Below, in pieces: positions 12,200 through 22,579 of a stretch of DNA of 60,036 bases. A program made the position numbers and the translations under genes. This DNA comes from Octopus bimaculoides (Eukaryota): contig NC_068989.1 of the NCBI RefSeq assembly GCF_001194135.2, positions 78,114,864 to 78,174,899 on the forward strand, given 5' to 3'. Below the pieces are notes generated by a model. It did not search any database, was not told the DNA's origin, and saw nothing but the letters and a program-made list of their open reading frames with translations. How positions within the stretch are numbered: position 1 is the stretch's first letter; each line of letters starts with the position of its first letter.

Positions 12200-12760
12200 A
12201 AATTTTTCTGATCATAAGTTGCCAGATGGTTGCTTAAAGGTATCTGACGGACATCAGGGTTCCTAAAATGCTGTCGGGGCGCACGTCAACGTTCCGATAA
12301 TACATTCCCAGTGTGACCAACTTATATCTCTTCAAAATTCGGGCAATTGATACTGTAAATTTAATTTTTGTTTTTGAAGTTCATATTTGCATTTGTAATT
12401 ATTCTTCCGATGTTTCTGCTCATATACTGACCGGTAAATATAAACTGCCATGTTACACATCGATTGCCATTGCATTTAGATGAATGATCTGTCAAACTTT
12501 GCCTTTGTTAATAATCGTTTCATGTTCTTCGGCTGTCTTTTACTTAGAATCATAACCCAATCCATGATTATATCATTTAATTCACTGGTTTGAGCAACGA
12601 TCGGCAAGTTTGCTTTGGCAATGCTAAAGAAATATTGGTGATACAGACTGTGTCCCTATAAATAGTATGACCTGTTCTTGTTTTCCTCATTTTGGGGTTG
12701 CACTAAGTTGTTGTATGGGTATTTCTATAGCATGTTGTATACCATTTTCTATAAGTATAC
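12200..12760 (-). mobile_element. Penelope-like element C-terminal ORF fragment with Zn-linker and GIY-YIG endonuclease
   Basis: LIENGIQHAIEIP..SKRQPKNMKRLLTKAKF..SKCNGNRCVTW..NANMNFKNKN*IYSINCPNFEEI*VGHTGNVLSER..QHFRNPDVRQIPLSNHL; several stops, pseudogenised. Confidence 0.88.
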
Positions 12761-12864
12761 GAATATATGTGTGTATGTGTGTCTATGCATGTATGTATGT
12801 ATGTATGTTTGTATGTATGTGTGCATGCGCGTGTGTCTGTCTTCGTCTGCGCTACGGTCTTTTA

Positions 12865-13010
12865 GTTTCTGCCTGCCAAATCGACTCACAAAGTTCAGTC
12901 ATCCCAGGGCTGTAGTAAGAATAAATGCAGTAGAAATGAACTCAGAACCATGCAGTTGGGAAGCAAACTCTTTAGCACACAACCACACCTACGCCTATAT
13001 GTGTATATAT
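12865..13010 (-). mobile_element. SINE family A head fragment
   Basis: Reverse complement of ggtgtggttgtgtgctaaagagtttgcttcccaactgcatggttctgagttca, homologous to the head at 30194. Confidence 0.7.
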
Positions 13011-13233
13011 ATATATATGTGGGGAGGTTCTCCTAATAAAACTCTGCACTTTTATATCTCGTGTGACAGCGAGGAGATTGCGTATGTTGTATTAAATCTA
13101 AATTGGACGTAATTTATAGACCCATCTTAAGCTTTTGCTAGCTAGTGATAAAGTATAAATCTTGAAAATAAAGGTATAAATGTATGTAAATTTAGATACA
13201 CATATAAACATACACAAGCACTCAAACACAGAT

Positions 13234-13290
<57 letters not shown>

Positions 13291-13365
13291 NNNNNNNNNN
13301 NNNNNNNNNNNNNNNNNNNNNNNNNNNNNNNNNNNNNNNNNNNNNNNNNNNNNNNNNNNNNNNNN

Positions 13366-13403
<38 letters not shown>

Positions 13404-14544
13404 GAAAGAAAGTGATGCAGGGCCATATTTAAGTATATACGTATACTAATGTATGCATGTATACTAATGCATATAAGTATGAATGCTTATAGTTATAAAA
13501 TGTACATACATTTCTGAATGCAGTCACGCACGGTGTCATTGCTTGTGTAGCACTGTGGTTTACTTACGTGCGTGTCAATACTCATTTTGCATGTTTGAAA
13601 ATCTTATCATTTTTTTCAAAATTTCGTTACGTTATGCACACAGTTATATAATGCACTAGATGGCTTCTAATTGCGATCATCAACTATATGCCTATGTCGT
13701 TGAGTTGCGTGAGTCAGCTACTCAATATTGATACTAAGGCCGTTAGCTGCATATCCCGAAGCTCTAAGGATTAAAGATACAAATCTAAAGATATAGACAT
13801 GATGGAATAACAGCAGATTACTCAATAGTTTGTCATATTTGTTCTCTTTATCCCCTAATGTTTCATATGTTAATATCTGAGAGGCAATTGAATTCAATTA
13901 CTATGCGTATTTTTGTCTTCTTTTTCTAATATTGTGTGTTCTTTATTATGCTTGCATGATTTTTTAACTCATAACAGTGGCATTCAACTACTTTTCTTTT
14001 ATATTATGTGTGATTATGCCCTCCACATCAATGTAGCTTCATATATTTATATTATTTTCTACGGATTCGTTCTACAGTATTCGAGCGATGAAAATATGCC
14101 TCATGGTAGTTGTTATGATGATATGTAAGGCAAATGCACATGAAGTCTCTGACAGACCCAGTGTTAATTTCAAAGCGTCTATGCACGTTGTCACATCTAT
14201 GAGGCTATATTTATCTATGAATATATGTGTGTATACATATATACAAGTAGTACACAGATACACACACACACACATACACACATATGTGCAGCTGTGGGGG
14301 ACATGGGTGTATGCGCATGAATATGCATATTTATCTATTTATATACGCATATGTATACATATTTATGTATATAAATACGTGTGTAAACGTGTGTGTGTGT
14401 GTGTGTGTGTGCGTGTGCCTGTGTGTATATGTGTATGTATGTTTGTGTGTCTGTGCGATGCTTGAGTTGTGTAAACCCGTCATGAAAAGATAATTGTAAC
14501 ATAAATTGCAAGCGATACGAATTTCGAATGGACCCCCGGATTTA

Positions 14545-15045
14545 TTTTTCAAATCTTATCGGTCTCTTTTATCGAGCTGCTAAGATTCAATAACGTAAAT
14601 ACACTAACACCATTGCTCAAGCGGTGATGAGGAGCAAACACGTGTACACAAAGACACATAGACATACATATATACATATATACAAGAATAAGGGCAGGGA
14701 ATCGTCAATTAGTAATAGAATTAATAATTAACAATTTTGCCAAGTAGTTCAGTATGAAAAAAACCTTTATCGGTAAAATCATTTATCATCGTAAATATAC
14801 AGGGATTAGCATTGAGTTGCATTGAGAAGCAACTCAATGCTAATCCCTGTACATTTACGATATATACATATATACGTATATATAAGTTCTTTCAGTTTCT
14901 CTCTACCAAATCCACTCACAAGGCTTTGGTCTGCCCGAGGTTATCGTAGAAGGCAGTTGCCCAAGCTGGCACCCACTGGGACTGAAGCCGGAACCATGTG
15001 GTTGGTAGTTAAGCTTCTTACTAGGCAGTCACGCCAACGCCTATA
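14545..15045 (-). mobile_element. SINE family A copy interrupted in its central microsatellite by a ~180-bp foreign segment
   Basis: Head at 14880-15045 and tail half at 14545-14670 are both homologous to 30194-30656; intervening 14690-14865 is unrelated and carries a hairpin. Confidence 0.8.
14788..14861. other. 74-nt inverted repeat: 33-bp arms (1 mismatch), 8-nt loop
   Basis: atcgtaaatAtacagggattagcattgagttgc - attgagaa - gcaactcaatgctaatccctgtaCatttacgat. Confidence 0.97.
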
Positions 15046-16365
15046 TTAGGGGATGTTTTGTACCTTTATTTATGATATATTTCTCTTTTCCCTATTAGTA
15101 ATATCTGTGTGTTGATGTCCTTTCAGTGTATCCAATTTTTTTTTATAATACTGATTTTCTGCCTAAGTCTTCGACGCTTGGTGGTTTTGGAGATATCAAA
15201 CAGTTGTCGATAACAACATAACTGAATTCGCTACTGGACTTGTACTTTATTTTCTGCCTTTGAATGATAAAAAGTAAAGCTGACATCGGCGAGGTTTCGA
15301 CTGAACGATAAAGAAAGGGAATACATACTACGAGACACACTAGCAGTCGATCATACTATTCTGTCCATTCGTTATCATATAGTAATGATCTACCACAAGA
15401 AATTCATCAAATGATTTGCATAAACGGAGCGCCAAATTTGGATTTCCAAAGTTCTAATTTTCATTTTACTTCTTAAGCAGAGGAATCTAGAAACGACTAA
15501 ATAGAAGAATTGAAGACTTACGCACTTAGGTACTTAATATTGAATTATCTTCAAGCTGGATATCTGGTTTTGAATGCTTCCAATAAATGTGGCTCAATAA
15601 ACAAGGGTTATAAACCGGAGGATATATATATAGAACTATATCCGAAAGAATTATTCTCATGTTGGTTTCTTCGTTGATTCCACGAACACAGTTTTACTTT
15701 TATGGTTTGATGCGAGGTTAGCTCAGAGCCATACTATTGCAAAATCAAAATCAAATGTGTTAACGACAACAGCATGCTCTTGTTCTTCCCTAAACATCAT
15801 CTATCGTCCCTTTCTTTAAAGTAACAATTGTTAGTCACTATATTAACTCTACTAGTGTTTCAAAGTAATTTTGCATCGTCCAGCTAATGAATGCACGAAG
15901 TGTTTGCTCACATATTATTATCATTGCAATAAATGACATAAATATTCATGTAAATGCATTAGTTTCATGTGATTATTGACTGCATTAGTAACTAGTTGGG
16001 CACCATTCTTGAAGCGTTCTTTTATGCAAGAATTAAACAGCTAACATTTGCAATATTAAAAATTTACATTCAAATAATACATTAACATTATTGGTAGCTT
16101 TTTATTTTATTCATGAAAGAAAGTAATTTATCTCAATATCAACAAATGCAATGAAAATATGTGGCTTAGAAAAATAATTACGAATGCGAGAACTTTTATA
16201 ACAAAGCAACATAGTTTCAAATAAATATAACCACTTTGTAGAAATGCTGTATATTTTTCTTGCAGTCAATCCATCTACTATTCTAACAATTTATCGACAT
16301 TAGATACTTAGCTATTTATTTAGATATTTATTTAGTTATTCAGCTATATATTTAGTCACCTTTCT

Positions 16366-16602
16366 TATTTCTTTATTGCCCACAAGGGGCTAAACATAGA
16401 GGGGACAAACAAGGACAGACAAAGGGAATAAGTCGATTACATCGACCCCAGTGCGTAACTGGTACTTAATTTATCGACCCCCGAAAAGATGAAAGGCAAA
16501 CTCGATCTCGGCGAAATTTGAACACAATTTGAACGTAACGGCAAACGAAAGACCGCTACGCATTTCGCCCAACATGCTAATGTTTCTGCCAGCTCGCCGC
16601 CT
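16366..16602 (-). mobile_element. Full-length SINE family B with 19-bp TSD
   Basis: Head ggcggcgagctggcagaaac; body tttgcctttcatcttttcggggtcgataaattaagtaccagtt; TSD tatatttAgtcacctttct (16347-16365) / tatatttTgtcacctttct (16603-16621). Confidence 0.92.
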
Positions 16603-16686
16603 TATATTTTGTCACCTTTCTACCTAGATTTCATCCTAGAACTCATGCGATTTTGTGAGTGAAACTGAGAGAGAGAGAGAGGGAGT

Positions 16687-16742
<56 letters not shown>

Positions 16743-16932
16743 ATGTGTGTGTATGTGTGTGTGTGTGTGTGCGTGTGTGTACGCGCGCATGATCTGTGCT
16801 TAAGTGGAAGTGTATATGTGCTTCTATAATTATTTTCACTCTTTTATAATGAGAGAAATGACTAAAGTAAAATTAGCTGGCATCCAGACATACAATCAGA
16901 CAGACAGGCAGAAAGACAGAACGACAGACAGG

Positions 16933-16933
<1 letters not shown>

Positions 16934-17000
<67 letters not shown>
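16934..17000. repeat. (GATA)n tetranucleotide array; similar arrays near 22487-22578, 27790-27890, 29619-29692, 31486-31540, 46845-46950, 58138-58205
   Basis: Direct reading; source of the LSIY-repeat ORFs. Confidence 0.97.
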
Positions 17001-17001
<1 letters not shown>

Positions 17002-17745
17002 TACAATGCTTGAAACAAATAAAGGGATAAATGAGAGATGAAACTCGCATTAACCTATGTTATCAACATTTTTTTATAGACAGACAAACGACCTCAGAGA
17101 GAACTTAGAGGTCATTTCTGCACAGATTAGATATAATATAAATTAGACATTTAGTAATAATATATATTTACAAATGATCTCTGTAATATTACAGGACATT
17201 CACCATATCTGCATTCATAAACACTAAAACTGAGATACGAAATATCCAATATTTCATGTTATGCTTGGCAAGATTGCTGATATCCTGCAATTCCCTTATT
17301 ATGTCTAAAATCCCCCATATATGGAATTACGCACAAATCCTCTTTTAGTTATGTATGTTTTTTTTTTTTTTGTTAGTGTGCATACTAGTTGATATTTCAA
17401 CATATACAAGAGGAAATGTATATTACAACATTATATTTTCAGCGTATTGGAAGCGGTAGTACATTACCGATGTCACTTGAATATATATTTTCCTTCTTGG
17501 CTATGAAAAGCAGTGTTCTTAATGTGAGTATGGCTTTCAATTGTTTATCTAAAGCATTTCATGAAACTTTTGGGAGTTTTCCACCTAATGATAAATGGAA
17601 TTCCTTGAATAAATTTTACTTTCTTCTTTGCTTTGATACCAGAGTATGAAATCAGTCTACTTTCGTGTTTTAGAATATACCGAAACGTCAAGTATGTTTA
17701 AAAAGTTAGAAACATGAAAAACAGTTGACGCATATAAAATGCCAT

Positions 17746-17777
<32 letters not shown>

Positions 17778-17778
17778 C

Positions 17779-18000
17779 GTTTTTACTCTGGGCAGAAGGC
17801 CTGAAATTTTAGGGGAGGGGGGATCGATTGGATCGACACCAGTATGCAGCTTGTACTTAATTAATAAACCCAGAAAGGATAAAAGGCAAAGACAAAGACA
17901 AAGCCAACCTCGGCGGAATTCGAACTCAGAACGTAATAACAGACGAAACACCGCTAACCATTTCGCCCAGCGTGCTAACTTTTCCGCCAGTTTGCCGCCT
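17779..18000 (-). mobile_element. Full-length SINE family B with 15-bp TSD and (TA)n(TG)n at its tail
   Basis: Head ggcggcaaactggcggaaaagttagcacgctgggcgaaatg; tgccattatatatat at 17740-17754 and 18001-18015. Confidence 0.88.
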
Positions 18001-18029
18001 TGCCATTATATATATTGTTAAGAAACGAT

Positions 18030-18297
18030 TATATTGACCCCAGTGCGTAATTGGTACTTATTTTATCTATCCCGTAAGGATGAAAGACAAAGTCGACCTC
18101 GGGGAAATTATATTAAATATAAATAATGATATAATCATAATCTTTTCTTCTAAAGGCACAAAGCCTGAAATTTGTGGAGAGGAAACTAATCAATATCATT
18201 CACCCCGGCGTTTGACTGGTACTTAATTTATCGACCTCGAGAGGATGAAAGGCAAAGTCAACCTGGGTAGAATTATACTAAATATAAATAATGATAT
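18030..18297 (-). mobile_element. Two tandem 5'-truncated SINE family B pieces with a shared junction
   Basis: Both end at ..gaaatt/gaatt followed by attata(t/c)taaatataaataatgatat (18106-18132, 18271-18297). Confidence 0.8.
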
Positions 18298-18889
18298 TAT
18301 TTTAATGCCACTATTAACAGCAATAATTGGATATTTTAATATAGTTTATTTTAAACACGTATTAAACGAATACATCTCACTACGAGTGGTCATTACTCTT
18401 TGCGAATAATGCAAATATTTTGGCTTTTGATTCCATATAAATTTACGTTAAACTTAATTCTAATAAAAGATATGTTATCGAAGTATCGTATTACATAATT
18501 TCATATGATAGTTCAATGACCAACAACAGAGAACGATTTTCAGCACGTATTGAATTATGTTAAACTGACCGAAGGATTACAAGTTTAAAATACTACACGA
18601 GTAGAAATGGAAATTATAGGGTGTTATGAATATGTATAAGTGTCTGATTGATGGTCATCTAGAATGAATATGAGATGTTTGTCTAACTTCTCTTAATAAA
18701 CATCGCATTTATCATTTATCTGAAATAAGACAAAGATTAATTATTTAAGGTTAAAGTAAGACTAAGAATGGATTTGCAATATAAAGTGTAAAAGTCCAAA
18801 GTAAGAGACATTTGAACAGCCAGTCATCGAAATGCACTCAATATTAACAGTCATTACGTTGTGAGTCTCGGATCGGCCGATTACGAATT

Positions 18890-19005
18890 TGTCTCTATTC
18901 GTTTAGGGTCGATAAAATAAGTAGCTGTCAAGCACTGAGGTTGGTGTAATCGACTAGCTCCCTCCTTCAAAATTTCAGACCTTGTGCCTCTAGTAAAAAG
19001 AAGTA
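18890..19005 (+). mobile_element. SINE family B 3' half
   Basis: gggtcgataaaataagtagc..gtaatcgactagctccctcc..aaatttcagaccttgtgcct. Confidence 0.75.
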
Positions 19006-19309
19006 TTATACCTTCTTTCTTATCTGCGACTATTAAAAACAAAGCCTGAAGAAATAGTTATAATAAAACGGTATGGTAAAACTGAAAGATTATGTGTCAT
19101 CCTATATCATGAGATGTGTAATCCTAGAGACGGTTCATAAATTTGTTCGAATTCGGAACAGATTACCAGTTAAAATATATTTCCAATACAGTGGGGTGAA
19201 TTTGTATAGGAATACAATTGCATCCACGGGATGTGAAAAGAAACTGAAGATGATAAGCACCTTGCTACATTATTTTTAAAATACATTCATGAAATTAATG
19301 AGCATTGCT

Positions 19310-19570
19310 CAGTAGATAAAGCGACGAGCTCACAATTACGAGGCAGTGAGTTCAATTCCCGGACCAGGCTTTATTTCTTGTTGATCCAGTTCACTTAGAT
19401 GCAGAAAGGAGTTGCGACGTCACTGGTACCTAGCTGTATCGTCCTTTGCTTTTTTCCCTTGGATAACATCGGTGGCGTGGCGATGGGAGACTGGTATGCA
19501 TGGGCGCTGCTGGTTTTCCATATAATCAGCCTTGTCCAGGCTTGTACCTAGGAGGGTAATATTCTAGACC
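19310..19570 (+). mobile_element. tRNA-headed SINE (family C) with LINE-like tail
   Basis: gctcagtagataaagcg..gtgagttcaattcccggacc (A/B-box-like), then ggataacatcggtggcgtgg..ggtatgcatgggcg..ggagggtaa tail. Confidence 0.65.
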
Positions 19571-19882
19571 GAAGGGTGGCTTCACCCTTTTATATCCAGG
19601 AAATGAAGTTCCTATATTTTGAATTGTTCGACTGCAGGAATGTTATTATGTGTGTGGATGTGGGGTGTATATGTGTTGTTTCTGTGTGTGTGGGTGTGTA
19701 TGTGTGTGTTTCTGTGTGTTTGTGTGTGTGTGCATGAATGTATGTGTGTATGCAACTATGTATGTATATATTTCAGCAAAAACAGCAGTAGCAGCAACAT
19801 CAACTTCAGGACATACATATGGAAATATTTTGGAGAAACGGAGGTTTCTTTAATATTAGGCTAAATAAGCATAGATCATCTG

Positions 19883-20490
19883 TTAGCATTCATTCCAATC
19901 AGCCGCCGGCAACAACTTCACATTCAACAGCTTGGGTCCGCTGCTACATAGACCCCGGCGGATAGTATCTTCTATCCACTCGGGTTCTATTCCAGGTGGT
20001 AATCCGCAGACGCAAGCTCTTGTCAATTTCTTCCCACAATATTTGGGAAGAAACAGAATCTCTTGCCCTTCCAAGGGCTGGATCGCAAACCTGCGAACCT
20101 CCTCAGGGGTGTCAAACAGCAGCCACACCGTTGCATATTTGGCAATAAATCTCATGGTTCGCATATACTCTGCCAACTCTTTTTAGATTTCTATTCTTTT
20201 GAAGACGGCGATGGTGTCGAGCGGCTTCGAGTATTTACTCAACACCACCGTCTTCTCAAAGTCTTTCACCCACACTTTGGGTGGGACAATCGACCACTCC
20301 AAAACAGTGTCCATTTTCTTCGCCATATTTAGAAGAAAGGTTTAAAAAATAGTTCAACAAGTCCAAAGGAGAGAAGGAAGATGGAAAGAAGACAGTTCAA
20401 AAACACAGCGAACGTGATTCCGGCCAACTGTTACTCCTGGCCAACTGGTACTTCACAAGCAAAAGGAACACAGCTCCACAAATTTCACCA
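19883..20490 (-). mobile_element. 5' end (5'UTR and ORF1 N-terminus) of an L1/Tx1-like LINE; 3'-truncated, one premature stop
   Basis: ATG at 20326; 148-codon frame with TAA at codon 48 (20185-20183). LFLPKYCGKKLTRACVCGLPPGIEPEWIEDTI resembles the RRM-like ORF1 motif of octopus L1/Tx1 elements; pyrimidine-rich leader 20330-20490. Confidence 0.65.
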
Positions 20491-20520
20491 TTTTGTTTCT
20501 CATTACGAAAATTAAACTCT

Positions 20521-20650
<130 letters not shown>

Positions 20651-20771
20651 TACAAGAGTACATGCATCGCTAAAAAATGGGTGTTAAAAGTACTTCTGCG
20701 TCACGGAATAGTCACAAAATTAATATGCGCATGGTAAGGAAAACTTCCAGTGAATAATAAAATCGTCTTAC

Positions 20772-20931
20772 CTCTGCTAGCTCAGCAAAAGTAATGCTGA
20801 TCAATCTGATATCATGGCTTCGAATTTAGTGACAGAATGATGGCTGATCCCCTTCAGTGAAAATCTGCTAGCTAATGACTGCTAAAATTTGCTACCGCCA
20901 TGCCTGCAAATTTGTTTGAAGTGATCAAACA
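20772..20931 (-). other. Candidate non-coding exon (160 nt)
   Basis: Minus-strand acceptor tttcgtttgttttaacag|TGT and donor GAG|gtaaga bracket a GC-richer unique stretch; all three frames contain stops. Confidence 0.3.
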
Positions 20932-21149
20932 CTGTTAAAACAAACGAAATACTTGAAATTATTTATAAGTAAGGATCAGAGCGACAGTACTATAAAAATA
21001 CCATCACTAGTGGCAAGCAAATACTAGCCGTACAAGCAAATTAATAAAATATACATATGTTACCAGTTTCTTTAATTTGCTTTGCGAGAGCAACTATTTT
21101 ATTGTAAGCGTATCTTGTTGTTAAATGCTCGAAATACGAGTGTAGAAAA

Positions 21150-21365
21150 ACAGCCAACAACTGATGAAGGGTCGTTCTTCATGTTGTTTGTCTTGTTTTC
21201 CCTTTGTGTCTCTTGTTGTTCGAAAAAACAGTTCATATTCCATGCCCTCGTACTTCGTATTGTTTGTTGTACACGTTTCGTGACGTCCTGTGCCCACATA
21301 TGTATGTATATATATTATTCATATTATTATATGATTGAACGCCACGCATCCTATATATATATAGG
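21150..21365 (+). mobile_element. Copy of an unclassified interspersed repeat starting caactgatgaagggtcgtt
   Basis: Clear homology to 59810-60000 (ctgatgaagggtcgtt..tcttgttttcc..gttc.tattccatg..tgacgtcctgt.ccca) and partial homology to 53220-53425. Confidence 0.75.
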
Positions 21366-21769
21366 AATGTCATTTTCAAGTTCCAGACATTTAACTATCT
21401 CTATCTTGACAGATAAATAGATAATTACTAACGTATTTACTGTTAGCATCTTATGAACGACAAATTTCACTGAGGATGACATATATTGATTCGAGTAATT
21501 TGATGATGATACTTAACTTCAAGAATAAGAATTAAGTACGATTTAAATAACCAAAAATTCTATTCATAACGATTAGTATTTTGCTGCTAGTATAGTTTAT
21601 TACACGTTATGTTAAATGTATAAAGATTCAAAATATATAATGATTACGTATTTGAGGATTTATAAATCAATGAAGTTATGTTTTAAAGATGTATACGATA
21701 TTGCTACTTTGGGCTGCAAATTAAATTGTTTTCATATGTTAATTGGCTAATTGGTTGTTAAGTTATTCC

Positions 21770-21870
21770 GTACATGTAGTGGTTAGGGTGTTAGACTCAC
21801 AATCGTGAGATTGTGGATTCAATTCTTCGACCCGGTTGTGCGTTATGTTCTTGAACAAGACACTTCATCT
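21770..21870 (+). mobile_element. tRNA-derived SINE head immediately upstream of the palindrome
   Basis: gtagtggttagggtgttagactcacaatcgtgagattgtggattcaattc (A and B boxes), then gtgcgttatgttcttgaacaagacacttcat. Confidence 0.7.
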
Positions 21871-21871
21871 C

Positions 21872-22138
21872 AATAGAGAGTGAAGTGAAGGAATGAAAAT
21901 AGATCTGAAATATGCAGGGATATTGTATGTGCAGTTCCATTATTTAGGCAGAATGGTATACATATAAGATTCCTGTACCTTGTGTGTAAGTTCCAATACT
22001 ATTTAAAATACTATTGAAACTTACTCACAAGGTACAGGAATCTTATATGTATACCATTCTGCCTAAATAATGGAACTGCACATACAATATCCCTGCATAT
22101 CTCGCGTCTATTTTCATTCGTTCACTTCAGTCTCTATT
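21872..22138. mobile_element. 267-bp fold-back palindrome (MITE-like), 133-bp arms
   Basis: Position i pairs with 44010-i; 9 mismatches in 133 bp by manual count; 75-bp perfect core 21910-21984/22026-22100; centre at 22005; termini AATAGAGA..TCTCTATT. Confidence 0.9.
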
Positions 22139-22169
22139 TCATATCTTATCTAGAATAACTATTACTTAA

Positions 22170-22275
22170 CCATTTTTTGACCTTCCCGGGGTCGATAAAC
22201 TAAGTACCAGTGAAACACTAAGGCTGATGTAATCGACTAGACCTCCCTCAACATAATTTCAGGCCGTGTGCCTTT
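22170..22275 (+). mobile_element. SINE family B 3' half
   Basis: ccttcccggggtcgataaactaagtaccagtg..gtaatcgactagacctccct..atttcaggccgtgtgcct. Confidence 0.75.
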
Positions 22276-22492
22276 AAGATATATATATNNNNNNNNNNNN
22301 NNNNNNNNNNNNNNNNNNNNNNNNNNNNNNNNNNNNNNNNNNNNNNNNNNNNNNNNNNNNNNNNNNNNNNNNNNNNNNNNNNNNNNNNNNNNNNNNNNNN
22401 NNNNNNNNNNNNNNNNNNNNNNNNNNTATATATATATATAAAATATCTATATTATATATATTATATAAATAATATAGAATGATAGATAGATG

Positions 22493-22579
<87 letters not shown>

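Noticed and set aside
20708-20719. atagtcacaaaa resembles part of miR-153
   Set aside because: Only 12 nt match, the 5' end differs, and there is no precursor hairpin.
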